From: Brevundimonas sp. | Lineage (GTDB): Bacteria > Pseudomonadota > Alphaproteobacteria > Caulobacterales > Caulobacteraceae | NCBI RefSeq assembly: GCF_029945885.1 | Contig: NZ_JAQSDK010000033.1 | Coordinates: forward strand, 38,822 to 102,821 | Reading direction: 5' to 3' | DNA: 64,000 nt | Part shown: positions 41,106-50,220 of the stretch, in pieces | Numbering within the stretch: the stretch's first letter is position 1 | How the letters are laid out: the number at the start of each line of letters is the position of its first letter | Position numbers and translations under genes: made by a program | The notes under the pieces: model-generated | What the model was told of the DNA's origin: nothing | Seen by the model: only the letters and a program-made list of their open reading frames with translations | Database searches by the model: none

Positions 41106-41501
41106 ATGCCGTTCCCGGTTGATCCTGATCGCATCGACACAGCCGAACGCAGCCTCGCGTTTCGATTCCCGCCCGCTTGGAGACGCGCGCTCCAGCAGCG
41201 GAACGGCGGCGAGTTCGTCCTGAATGGAGAGGACTGGAGCATCCACCCCGTCTGGGACGATTCCGACCGGAAGCGGGCGGGTCGCACGGCGAACCATGTC
41301 GCACGCGAGACTGAGCAGGCGCGGAAATGGCATGGCTTTCCGGCCGCTGCGATCGCCTTGGCCAACAATGGTCACGGCGACCTGTTGATTGTCCTTCCGG
41401 GCTCGAGTTCAGTTTGCCGGTGGGACCACGAAGAAGCACTCATAGAAGAGCAGGGCGACCTCGACCCCTTAACGCTCGCGGACAACGACACTGATGACTG
41501 A
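41106..41501 (+). CDS. SMI1/KNR4 family protein
   Basis: [10 protein letters not shown]...NGG...[10 protein letters not shown]...WDHE pattern. Confidence 0.85.
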   Translation: MPFPVDPDRIDTAERSLAFRFPPAWRRALQQRNGGEFVLNGEDWSIHPVWDDSDRKRAGRTANHVARETEQARKWHGFPAAAIALANNGHGDLLIVLPGSSSVCRWDHEEALIEEQGDLDPLTLADNDTDD

Positions 41502-42990
41502 CGCCTCCAATCTCATCCAGGGCCGCACCGGCCCGTGGGAAATCGTCATGGGCCTCGAGATCCACGCCCAGGTCGCCTCGAAGGCCAAGCTGTTCTCCGG
41601 CGCCGCCGTCGGCTTCGGCGCGGGTCCGAACGAGCAGGTGTCGCTGGTCGACGCCGGCTTCCCCGGCATGTTGCCGACCCTGAACGGTCACTGTGTCGAA
41701 CAGGCGGTGCGCACCGGCCTCGGCCTGAAGGCGCAGATCAACAAACGCAGCCAGTTCGACCGCAAGAACTATTTCTACCCCGACCTGCCGCAGGGCTATC
41801 AGATCAGCCAGCTGTATTTCCCCATCGTCGGGGAGGGCGAGGTCGAGGTCGAGGCCGAGGACGGCACCTTCTTCACCGTCGGCGTCGAACGCCTGCACCT
41901 GGAACAGGATGCGGGCAAGCTGATCCACGACCTGTCGCCCAGCGAATCCTATGTCGATCTGAACCGGGCCGGCACGGCCCTGATGGAGATCGTCTCCAAG
42001 CCGCACATGCGCTCGCCGGAAGAGGCGGTCGCCTACGTCAAGAAGATCAGGACCATCCTCGTCTATCTCGGCACCTGCGACGGCGACATGGAAAAGGGCA
42101 ATCTGCGCGCCGACGTCAACGTCTCGGTCTGCCGCGTGGGGGGCTACGAGAAATTCCGCGCCACCGGCGACTTCAGCCATCTGGGCACGCGCTGCGAGAT
42201 CAAGAACGTCAACTCGTTCCGCTTCATCAGCCAGGCCATCAACTACGAAGCCCGCCGCCAGATCGAGATTCTCGAGGACGGCGGCAAGATCGATCAGGAG
42301 ACCCGCCTCTACGATCCGACGGCCGGCGAGACCCGCTCGATGCGCTCCAAGGAAGAGGCCAACGACTATCGCTACTTCCCCGACCCCGACCTGCTGCCGC
42401 TGGAGCTGGAACAGGCCTGGATCGACACCATCAGGGCGTCGCTGCCGGAACTGCCCGATGAGAAGCGCAAACGGCTGATGAGCCAGTACGGCCTGTCGCA
42501 GTACGACGCCGTGGTGCTGATCTCGGAACAGGCCAAGGCCGACTATTTCGAGGAAGCCGCCAAAGGCAGGGATGCAAAGCTGGTGTCCAACTGGGTCACC
42601 AACGAACTGTCGGCCCGTCTGGCCGCCGATCACCTCGACTTCTCGCAGAGCCCCCTGCCGGCCGCCCATGTCGCCGAACTGGTCGCCCTGATCGAGGAGG
42701 GGGTCATTTCCTCCAGGATCGCCAAGGAGGTGTTCGACCACGTCTGGGCCGGCGAGGGCTCGCCGCGTCAGGTGGTCGAGGCCCGCGGTCTGGTCCAGGT
42801 CAATGACACCGGCGCCATCGAAAAGGCCGTCGACGAGATCATCGCCGCCAACCCCGACAAGGCCGCCGCCGTCGCCGACAAGCCCCAGGCCATCGGCTGG
42901 TTCGTCGGCCAAGTGATGAAGGCCACCGGCGGCAAGGCCAACCCGGCCTCGGTCAACGACATCCTGAAGGCCAGGCTGGGGATTTCCTGA
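41494..42990 (+). CDS. gatB: Asp/Glu-tRNA amidotransferase subunit B
   Basis: [34 protein letters not shown] motifs. Confidence 0.99.
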   Translation: MTDASNLIQGRTGPWEIVMGLEIHAQVASKAKLFSGAAVGFGAGPNEQVSLVDAGFPGMLPTLNGHCVEQAVRTGLGLKAQINKRSQFDRKNYFYPDLPQGYQISQLYFPIVGEGEVEVEAEDGTFFTVGVERLHLEQDAGKLIHDLSPSESYVDLNRAGTALMEIVSKPHMRSPEEAVAYVKKIRTILVYLGTCDGDMEKGNLRADVNVSVCRVGGYEKFRATGDFSHLGTRCEIKNVNSFRFISQAINYEARRQIEILEDGGKIDQETRLYDPTAGETRSMRSKEEANDYRYFPDPDLLPLELEQAWIDTIRASLPELPDEKRKRLMSQYGLSQYDAVVLISEQAKADYFEEAAKGRDAKLVSNWVTNELSARLAADHLDFSQSPLPAAHVAELVALIEEGVISSRIAKEVFDHVWAGEGSPRQVVEARGLVQVNDTGAIEKAVDEIIAANPDKAAAVADKPQAIGWFVGQVMKATGGKANPASVNDILKARLGIS

Positions 42991-43036
42991 GCCCCGCCAA
43001 CGCTCGACGCGCGGCGCCCCGGCGTCCGGGCGCATG

Positions 43037-43069
43037 AAAAAGGCCCCGCGGAGCGATCCGCGGGGCCTT
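43037..43069 (-). terminator. Intrinsic terminator
   Basis: AAGGCCCCGCGGA-gcga-TCCGCGGGGCCTT with a T-run on the minus strand. Confidence 0.88.
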
Positions 43070-43086
43070 CGTTCATTCCGCCGGGC

Positions 43087-44019
43087 CTACCAGTTCCAGG
43101 CGTCGTGGATGACGTCGATGATGTAGCCGTCATACTGGTCGATCAGATAGATCTGGTTGTCGACCACGACCCAGCGGGTTCCCGGCGGCGGATAGCCGAG
43201 GCCGAAGGTGCGCCAGTCGTCCAGCTGGTAGCGCCAGAACATCGACGGCAGATAGTCACCGACCGTCCATCGCTGGCCCCAGTAGGAGCGCGGCACGCTG
43301 TAGTAGCCGTGGCCGGGGGCGAAATAGAAGCCGATCCGCAAGCCCGTATAGCTGCGGAAGCGCCGGTCGTTCCGCCACCAGTCGGAGCGGTGGCTCCGGT
43401 TCCAGTTCTGGTGCCACTGGCTGCTGTTGAAGCGGTTGCGGAACTCGCGGTACTCGCGGCGATCGTGGCGCTGGTCACCGCGGTGATCGCGCCGGTCGTC
43501 CCGGCGGTCGTCCCGGCGATGATCGCGCCGGTCATCCCGACGATCGTCGCGGCGGTCCTGTCGCCGGTCATAGCCATTCCCGCCCCGATGGTCCTGACGG
43601 TCGTCCCGACGGGTGTCGGGGCGGCTGGGTCGTTGATCCGGTGTGGGACCGGAACGATCGTAGCGGTTCCCGCGATCCTGCGAGGTCGGACGGTTCGGCG
43701 CGTCCGGCTGGGCCGGGCGATCGGGCCGGTTGGGGCGCTGCGGCTCGGGCGGACGCTGGGGACGGTCAGGGCGTTCCTGGCGGTCCTCGCGGCGCTCCTC
43801 GCGGCGCTCCTGGCGACGCTCGGGCTGCTGCGCGGGCGGCGCGCTGTCCCGCTCGCGCTGGGCCTGGGCGGCGCGACGCTGCACGGCGGTCTGGCTCGGA
43901 CGGCCTTCGCCCTCGCGCTGCGCCTGCCGGCCGCGGTCCTGGGCCTGGACGGCGATCGGGGCCGCCAGCGGCAGGAGGAGGGCGGTGATCGCGGTGAACA
44001 CCATCAGATTGCGTTTCAT
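43087..44019 (-). CDS. Secreted RcnB-family protein with R/D/Q/P-rich repeats
   Basis: Signal peptide; RDDR/RDHR tandem repeats; C-terminal WTVGDYLP...LGYPPPGTRWV domain. Confidence 0.85.
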   Translation of the reverse strand: MKRNLMVFTAITALLLPLAAPIAVQAQDRGRQAQREGEGRPSQTAVQRRAAQAQRERDSAPPAQQPERRQERREERREDRQERPDRPQRPPEPQRPNRPDRPAQPDAPNRPTSQDRGNRYDRSGPTPDQRPSRPDTRRDDRQDHRGGNGYDRRQDRRDDRRDDRRDHRRDDRRDDRRDHRGDQRHDRREYREFRNRFNSSQWHQNWNRSHRSDWWRNDRRFRSYTGLRIGFYFAPGHGYYSVPRSYWGQRWTVGDYLPSMFWRYQLDDWRTFGLGYPPPGTRWVVVDNQIYLIDQYDGYIIDVIHDAWNW

Positions 44020-44078
44020 GGTCTCTTTCCCCGCACGCCCGTATCGGGCGGCTCGATGACAGGATCGCGCCCCGCGCA

Positions 44079-44094
44079 TGAACCTTAACTGAAC
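44079..44094. promoter_or_regulatory. TGAAC-N6-TGAAC direct repeat (OmpR-family box candidate)
   Basis: 59 bp upstream of the RcnB-like ATG at 44019. Confidence 0.55.
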
Positions 44095-44129
44095 GATAAC
44101 GACGGGTCACGGTTCGCTCGCCGGTCATG

Positions 44130-44164
44130 AAAAAGCCCCCGCCGACACGCCGTCAGCGGGGGCT
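44130..44164 (-). terminator. Intrinsic terminator between the RcnB paralogs
   Basis: AGCCCCCGC..GAC/GTC..GCGGGGGCT stem with a T-run on the minus strand. Confidence 0.85.
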
Positions 44165-44184
44165 GTTCCGGAAGCCGGTCCGGT

Positions 44185-44742
44185 CTAGTAGGTGCCGGAC
44201 AGGACGCTGACGATCAGGCCGGTGGCCACGGCCATCAGCACGATGTCATTGCCGGCGTGGACATAGCGATAGCCGCGCGGGGCCTGGCGCAGGCCGTAGA
44301 CATAGGGGTCACGGACATAATAGCCGCGATAGGCGACGGGCAGGGTGTGGCCCCGCTGCCAGCGATGACGATTGTAGCGCGGGTTGACCCGATAGTAGCC
44401 GTAGCTCGGCGCATACCAGTAGCCGTTGCGGGCACCGCGATAGTCATTGAAGTCACTGCGGCCGCGGTACCAGTCGCGATTGTTGCGGTCATAACGCTGG
44501 CTGGACCGGTAGTCGCGGTGGTCATCGCGGCGGTCGGCCCGGTAGTCACGATGGTCGCTGCGCCGGTCCTGGCGATCGTCGCGACGGTCCTCGCGGCGGT
44601 CCTGCCGGTGATCGCGGCGGTCGTCACGCCGGTCCTGGCGCTGTTCGTGGCGGTCGCCGCGGCTCTGGGCCTGGGCGGCGAGGGGGGCGGCCGTGGTCGC
44701 CAGTGCGACAGCGATAACGGCGGCCCGGGTCAGGCGGTTCAT
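44185..44742 (-). CDS. Secreted RcnB-family protein
   Basis: Signal peptide; RDDR repeats; WQRGHTLP...YGLRQAPRGYRYV...LMAVATGLI domain. Confidence 0.9.
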   Translation of the reverse strand: MNRLTRAAVIAVALATTAAPLAAQAQSRGDRHEQRQDRRDDRRDHRQDRREDRRDDRQDRRSDHRDYRADRRDDHRDYRSSQRYDRNNRDWYRGRSDFNDYRGARNGYWYAPSYGYYRVNPRYNRHRWQRGHTLPVAYRGYYVRDPYVYGLRQAPRGYRYVHAGNDIVLMAVATGLIVSVLSGTY

Positions 44743-44819
44743 GAGGAGTCTCCCGTGGCGGGCCGGCGGCGGGTTGGGTGTCCGGCCCCTGAATGTCCCG
44801 CACGGTGACGCCGCCCGGA

Positions 44820-44835
44820 TGAACTCGTCCTGAAT
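44820..44835. promoter_or_regulatory. TGAAC-N6-TGAAT direct repeat (OmpR-family box candidate)
   Basis: 77 bp upstream of the RcnB-like ATG at 44742. Confidence 0.5.
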
Positions 44836-44917
44836 GCCTTCGTCAGCTTTGCCCGCCGGCCCGGTTGCGCCGGCCCCGTCGGTGCCCCAGATCAGGGGGC
44901 CGTTTCAGGACCCTCTC

Positions 44918-45637
44918 ATGACCCAACCGATCGCACTCTGGTACTGGCCGACGCCGAACGGCTGGAAGGTCTCCATCGCCCTCGAGGAAATGGGAATCCC
45001 CTATGAGGTCCGGCCGGTGAACATCGGGGCCGGGGAACAGTTCGAGCCCGCCTTCCAGGCGATCAGCCCCAACGGCCGGATGCCGGCCATCGTCGATCCC
45101 GACGGTCCGGACGGCGAACCGCTGTCGATCTTCGAGTCCGGGGCCATCCTGCAATATCTCGGCAACAAGTCCGGCCAATTCTATCCGGCCGATGTGCGCA
45201 CGCGGGTCGAGATCGACCAGTGGCTGTTCTGGCAGGTCGGCGGTCTCGGCCCGATGGCCGGCCAGACCCATCATTTCCGCCAGTATGCCCCGGCCATCAT
45301 CCGCGACCAGCGCCAGATCGCCTATGGCGTCCGCCGCTATACGGATGAGACCCACCGCCTGTACGGGGTCATGGACCGCCGTCTGGCCGATCGCGACTAT
45401 CTGGCCGGCGACTATTCGATCGCCGACATGGCCGCCTGGCCCTGGATCCTGCCGGAGTATCAGGGCCAGACGCTGGAGGAGTTCCCCAACCTCAAGGCCT
45501 GGATGGTCCGGGTCGGGGAACGGCCGGCCGTGATCGCGGGCCGCGCGGTCGGGGAGGCGATGCGGCGCAATCTGGCCGCCTCGGGCCAGTCGGCCGAGGC
45601 GGCGCGCAAGGTCCTGTTCGGCCAGCGCGGACGTTAA
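44918..45637 (+). CDS. Glutathione S-transferase (YfcG/YghU-like)
   Basis: WPTPNG, SPNGRMPAI, FESGAIL, YSIADMA motifs. Confidence 0.93.
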   Translation: MTQPIALWYWPTPNGWKVSIALEEMGIPYEVRPVNIGAGEQFEPAFQAISPNGRMPAIVDPDGPDGEPLSIFESGAILQYLGNKSGQFYPADVRTRVEIDQWLFWQVGGLGPMAGQTHHFRQYAPAIIRDQRQIAYGVRRYTDETHRLYGVMDRRLADRDYLAGDYSIADMAAWPWILPEYQGQTLEEFPNLKAWMVRVGERPAVIAGRAVGEAMRRNLAASGQSAEAARKVLFGQRGR

Positions 45638-45828
45638 CCTTCCGGCAAGGTGTAACCACAAGATTTCCAGGACATTTCCGAGGTGTGAACTGCCACGCCA
45701 GTATTCATTATTGCTTTACTGAAAAGATCGAATCGGCCCGCCGCTGTTAACTTTAACTTCAAACCGCGGGTATTTGATCAGGCCTCAGAAGACGGGGCCA
45801 GAACGGCCTCCGTTCGGAGGATACGGTA

Positions 45829-46137
45829 ATGAACGCGCAAGAACTGGCGCCGGAAATCGGGATCGAAGCCGAGGCTGCCCTGCCTCTGCCGACCGCGGAC
45901 ATGGACGGCGATGCCCTGTTTCGTCTGGGCATGATGTACTCGACCGGCCAGGCCGGCTGCCCGATGGATCGGGTCTCGGCCCATATGATCTTCAACCTGG
46001 CGGCCATGAAGGGGTCCGTCGAGGCCCGGGTCTATCGTCGCGAGATGTCGCTGGAGATGGAACGGGACGAGATCGCCGACGCCCAGCGCGCCGCCCGCCG
46101 CTGGATCGACGCCGGGGTCGTTACCCTCGCAGCCTGA
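45829..46137 (+). CDS. Small Sel1-like repeat protein
   Basis: ALFRLGMMYSTG...AHMIFNLAA...EIADAQRAARRW; GGAGG RBS. Confidence 0.85.
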   Translation: MNAQELAPEIGIEAEAALPLPTADMDGDALFRLGMMYSTGQAGCPMDRVSAHMIFNLAAMKGSVEARVYRREMSLEMERDEIADAQRAARRWIDAGVVTLAA

Positions 46138-46188
46138 CGCAAACCCGGACTGGATGCGCCTGCGTCCAGTCCCCGGAATGCCGACGCC

Positions 46189-46938
46189 CTAGAACGACTG
46201 GTACTGCCCGTTGAGCGCATAGGTGAAGCCGACGGGCAGGGCGTTGCGGATCTGGGTGACGAAATTGGCCACCTCGCCCAGGGTCGTCCGCGGCACGAAC
46301 AATATGTCCCCGCGGCGCAGGGCGATGACCTCGCCGCGACGGGGCCTGAGATCGGCGGCCCGCATCATGCGCACGCCGCCCGGCCCGCGCCGGATCAGCG
46401 CCACCTCCTGCTGGCGGGCGGTCGGCAGGAACCCCCCGGCCATGATGATGGCCTGATAGGCGTCGATATCGCCCGGCATGTCATAGACACCCGGCGTGCG
46501 GACCTCGCCGTCCACCCAGATTTTCAGCGGCCCCGCCTGTTTGAGGGTGATCTCGACCACGGGCCGCAGCAGCTGTGAGGCATAGGCACCGGCCACATCC
46601 GACTCCAGCTCGGCGATCGTCCGGTCGGCAGCCATGACCTGACCAATCAGGGGCAGGGCGACCCGCCCGTCCGGGCCGATCTTCTGGGTCCGGGTCAGTT
46701 CCGCCGCCGTCGGCGTCGCCACCTCGATCTCGTCGCCCGGATACAGCAGATATTCCGGCTCGGCCTCGGTCCAGTCGGCGAAGGCGATCTCGGGGAAGCC
46801 GGTCTGGCCGACCGGCTGGACCCGGCCGCCGGCGGCTCCGGCCGCGGGCAGGGGCATGCGGCCGGCGTTCTCGCTGGCGCAGCCACTGAGGGCGGCGGCA
46901 CCGAGGGACAGCAGGAGCAGGCGGCGGTCGATGGGCAT
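46189..46938 (-). CDS. hfsD: Holdfast polysaccharide export lipoprotein (OPX/Wza)
   Basis: Lipobox LSGC; YLLYPGD, GPDGRVALPLIG, VDGEVRTPG; divergent from hfsAB. Confidence 0.9.
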   Translation of the reverse strand: MPIDRRLLLLSLGAAALSGCASENAGRMPLPAAGAAGGRVQPVGQTGFPEIAFADWTEAEPEYLLYPGDEIEVATPTAAELTRTQKIGPDGRVALPLIGQVMAADRTIAELESDVAGAYASQLLRPVVEITLKQAGPLKIWVDGEVRTPGVYDMPGDIDAYQAIIMAGGFLPTARQQEVALIRRGPGGVRMMRAADLRPRRGEVIALRRGDILFVPRTTLGEVANFVTQIRNALPVGFTYALNGQYQSF

Positions 46939-46992
46939 GGGGCGGGAATCCGTGGCGGACGGGTGCGTTCGACACAGGGTCTCTGCTTATGG

Positions 46993-47008
46993 GTAACCAG
47001 TGGTTAAC
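46993..47008. promoter_or_regulatory. CtrA-like binding site in the hfsD/hfsA divergent promoter
   Basis: GTAA-N7-TTAAC, one mismatch to TTAA-N7-TTAAC. Confidence 0.7.
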
Positions 47009-47066
47009 GCCGGTGAGCCAAGTCTGGACCATCAGTCACCGCGTTCAATGGAATCACCTGCCGCCC

Positions 47067-48512
47067 ATGAGTTCGACGGCCTACGCCACAGCCCGCCCGC
47101 GCTACGGCCTCCTCGATATCGTGGGGCTGCTGTTCCGCGAGCTGCTGCCGATGATTCTGGTGTTCGTGCTGATCTTCGCGCTCGGCACGGCCGCGGTCCT
47201 GACCCTGAAGAAGACCTATACGGCCACCGGCAAGGTCTATGCCGGGGTCGGTCAGGAATATGTCTACCAGCCCCGGGTCGGCTCGGCCGAACGCGGCCAG
47301 GCCCCCGACGCCGACGCGGTGGCCGGGTCCGAGGCGGCCATCCTGAACAGCCTCGAGGTCAAACAGCGCACGGTCGCGGCCCTCGGCGTGGAGAGCTTCC
47401 TCGGGAACAGGCCGTCCAGCGAGACTGCGGCCAAGCGCCAGACCGACGCCCTGAAGGTTCTGGATGCGGGCCTCGGCGTCGGCACCACGCCGGGCAGCGC
47501 CATCATCGGCATCAGCTACGAGAGCGACAATCCCCAGACCGCGGCCCGGGTGCTGAATGCCGTCATCGCCGAATATCTCACCTATCGTCGCGAGGTGTTC
47601 CAGGACAACAAGACCCCGGCCATCGAACAGCAGCGCCAGGTGTTCGAGGACGAACTGGCCACCGCCGATTCGGCCTATGAGACGTTTCTGGCCTCGAACG
47701 ACATCGGCGATTTTGCCACCCTGAAGGCGACCCTGGCGGCGACCTATCAGACGGTCTTCACCGAACGACTCTCGGTTCAGGCCCAGCTGGATCAGGCGCG
47801 GCAGCGGCTGGCGACCCTGGTGGCCCAGCAGGCGGCGATCCCGGCCCAGGTCACCCTGCAGCAGGATCTGAACATCTCGGCCCAGGACCAGGTGCTGCAG
47901 TTGCGCACCCAGCGCGAACAGCTGCTGTCGCGCTACCGGCCCGACGCCCAGCCGGTCAGGGACATCGAGGAACAGATCGCCCAGCTGCAGGCCTATGTCG
48001 GCACCGGCACCGCCGTGGGGGCCAAGGAGGTCCGCACCGGGCCCAATCCGGTCTGGATCCAGACCGAGAGCGACCGGATCGCCGCCGCGGCCGAGGCCGC
48101 GTCCCTGGGCGCGCGGCTGGCGGTGCTGGATCGTCAGGTTGGTGAACTGCGCTCGCGACAGGCTCTGCTGACCCAGATTGAATCGACCAACGCCACCCTG
48201 GCCGGCGACCGCGAGGTCCTGACCGCCAACATCCGCGACTTCCAGGAACGCGCCACCCAGAGCCGGGCCGACAGCGCCCTGGTCATGGCCGGGGCCGACA
48301 ATGTCACCGTCATCGAACGGGCCCAGGCCCCGACCCGCGGCAAGAGCCTGAAGGCCCCGCTGCTGATCGTCGTCTTCCTGTTTGCGGGCTTCACCGCCCT
48401 CTGTGTCGGCCTGCTGCGGATCTTCACCCGGCGTCGGTTCGCCACCGCCGGCTCGGTCGGGCGGACGCTGGAAATGCCCGTGCTGGCCGTCGCGCCGATG
48501 AAGGCGCGGTGA
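47067..48512 (+). CDS. hfsA: Holdfast polysaccharide co-polymerase (Wzc/GumC-like)
   Basis: Two TM helices flanking a long coiled coil; NVTVIERA..P; position in the cluster. Confidence 0.88.
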   Translation: MSSTAYATARPRYGLLDIVGLLFRELLPMILVFVLIFALGTAAVLTLKKTYTATGKVYAGVGQEYVYQPRVGSAERGQAPDADAVAGSEAAILNSLEVKQRTVAALGVESFLGNRPSSETAAKRQTDALKVLDAGLGVGTTPGSAIIGISYESDNPQTAARVLNAVIAEYLTYRREVFQDNKTPAIEQQRQVFEDELATADSAYETFLASNDIGDFATLKATLAATYQTVFTERLSVQAQLDQARQRLATLVAQQAAIPAQVTLQQDLNISAQDQVLQLRTQREQLLSRYRPDAQPVRDIEEQIAQLQAYVGTGTAVGAKEVRTGPNPVWIQTESDRIAAAAEAASLGARLAVLDRQVGELRSRQALLTQIESTNATLAGDREVLTANIRDFQERATQSRADSALVMAGADNVTVIERAQAPTRGKSLKAPLLIVVFLFAGFTALCVGLLRIFTRRRFATAGSVGRTLEMPVLAVAPMKAR

Positions 48513-48528
48513 GCCCTCATGGCAGTTT

Positions 48529-49260
48529 GTGGCCTGGCGAGTTAGGTGCGTAATCGAGTCGATGGTCGATCTTACCTCTGAAATGGCCGGCCTCTGGGCG
48601 GCACTGGGCCCGGCCCCGTCCCATCGCGGACGGGTGATCCAGGTCGTCGCCGCCAATTCCGGTGAGGGGGCCTCGACGGTCGCGCGCGAATACGCCCGCC
48701 TGGCCGCGGTGCGCGCCCGGCGTCCTGTCTGGCTGATCGACGGCGACCTGGCGCAGCAGGGGCAGCTGGAATCCATCGCCGGTGAGCCGGACCGCTTCGG
48801 CCAGATCGGTCGCCCGGCCCAGGCCTCGCCCGACGGGTCCTGCTTCTTCGCGGTGACGCCGCGCGTCACGGGCCCGGACGGCCGGCCGATCTCTCCGGCC
48901 CGGCTGTTGACGGCCCGGTCCTGCCTGGGCGGTCGTTTGTGGGTCAGCCGGTTCAACACCACGCGGCTGCGCTCGGGACAGCGGGCCGAAGCGGTGGCCG
49001 ATTCCCGCTACTGGGACGCGCTGCGCAAACACGCCGACACCGTCGTCATCGATGCGCCGTCGACGGATCGCAGCGACATGGCCCTGACCCTGGCCCCGTT
49101 TGTCGATGCGACCATTCTGGTGGTTTCAGAATCGACCCGGGCTGCGGATCCGATGATCCTGCGCGACGAGATCGAGGCCGTGGGCGGACGGATCGCCGGC
49201 GTGGTGGTCAACCGCTCGACCTATCGCCTGCCGGGATTCCTCGCCCGTCTGGCCGGCTGA
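48529..49260 (+). CDS. hfsB: CapB/Wzc-C-like cytoplasmic partner with degenerate Walker A
   Basis: SGEGAST, LIDGDL, VVIDAP; follows hfsA. Confidence 0.85.
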   Translation: MAWRVRCVIESMVDLTSEMAGLWAALGPAPSHRGRVIQVVAANSGEGASTVAREYARLAAVRARRPVWLIDGDLAQQGQLESIAGEPDRFGQIGRPAQASPDGSCFFAVTPRVTGPDGRPISPARLLTARSCLGGRLWVSRFNTTRLRSGQRAEAVADSRYWDALRKHADTVVIDAPSTDRSDMALTLAPFVDATILVVSESTRAADPMILRDEIEAVGGRIAGVVVNRSTYRLPGFLARLAG

Positions 49261-49269
49261 CCGGCGGGC

Positions 49270-50220
49270 TCAGCGGGCGGCGGTGTTCAGCCTGACCAGT
49301 TCGTGTGATCCATAAAAATGGGGCTCCAGCCCCTTCATCCAGAACAGTTTTCCGAGGCCGCGCGCGATCCTGTCCAGGGCCCAGGCCCGGCGGGGACTGC
49401 GTACGATCAGATAGGGGACGGCGGCACAGGTCCACAGCATCATCTGCACGGCTCCGACCAACATCCAGCGCACCACGGCGATCCAGTCGCGTCGGGCCGC
49501 CGCCGTCTGGCTGGGCCCCTGGCCGAAGGCGAAGGCCCGCGACAGGGCATAGGTCAGGGTGGCCCGGTGGGCCGGGGCGATCTCGTCGACATGGGCCCCG
49601 GCGGCCCAGCCGAACCGCCCGCCTCGATCCGCCAGGGCGGCGAACAGGGCGTCATCCTCGCCGCCGGCCTGATCGGCGCCGACATCGAACGGCGCGGGGC
49701 CGGGCAGGGCGGTCCGGCGCACCATCAGGGAATTGCCGCAGCCATGGGGCTGGTCGATCAGCCGGGTGCGGGCCGGGCCGCTCCGGCCGAAAAAGTCCTC
49801 GAGATAGGGTTTGAGCCAGTCGGCGGCGTCGGGAGCCCGGCCCCGGATCGGGCCGAACACCACATCGGCCCCGGTCTCCACCTGGCCCGCCAGCAACTGG
49901 GCCAGCCAGTCGGGGGCCGCGACCTCGTCATCGTCCAGAAAGGCGATCAGCGGCGCATCGGTGGCCTGGAGGCCGACATTCCGCGCCGTGGCCACACCCG
50001 GCACCGGGGCGTGGCAATAGACCAGGGGCCAGGGCGACCGCCCGCGCAGGGACTCGATCGTGGCCGCGGCGGTTCCGGCCGGATCGTTGTCGACCACCAC
50101 GATCTCGCGCAGACGGTCGGCGACCTCGGTCTGAAGGAACAGGGACTCCAGCGCCCGGGCCAGGCCTTCGGGCCGACGCAGGGTGGGAATGATGACGGCG
50201 ACGGGCTCGGGGGGCGTCAT
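49270..50220 (-). CDS. GT2 glycosyltransferase (HfsL-like by inference)
   Basis: VIIPTLRR, VVVDND, FLDDDE, GGED; ATGA overlap with hfsH. Confidence 0.85.
   Translation of the reverse strand: MTPPEPVAVIIPTLRRPEGLARALESLFLQTEVADRLREIVVVDNDPAGTAAATIESLRGRSPWPLVYCHAPVPGVATARNVGLQATDAPLIAFLDDDEVAAPDWLAQLLAGQVETGADVVFGPIRGRAPDAADWLKPYLEDFFGRSGPARTRLIDQPHGCGNSLMVRRTALPGPAPFDVGADQAGGEDDALFAALADRGGRFGWAAGAHVDEIAPAHRATLTYALSRAFAFGQGPSQTAAARRDWIAVVRWMLVGAVQMMLWTCAAVPYLIVRSPRRAWALDRIARGLGKLFWMKGLEPHFYGSHELVRLNTAAR

Noticed and set aside
43440-43620. Periodic DNA repeats as a possible CRISPR array
   Set aside because: 12-nt in-frame coding repeats with no spacers and no cas genes.
47004-48962. 652-aa minus-strand ORF
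   Set aside because: Antisense shadow of hfsA/hfsB.
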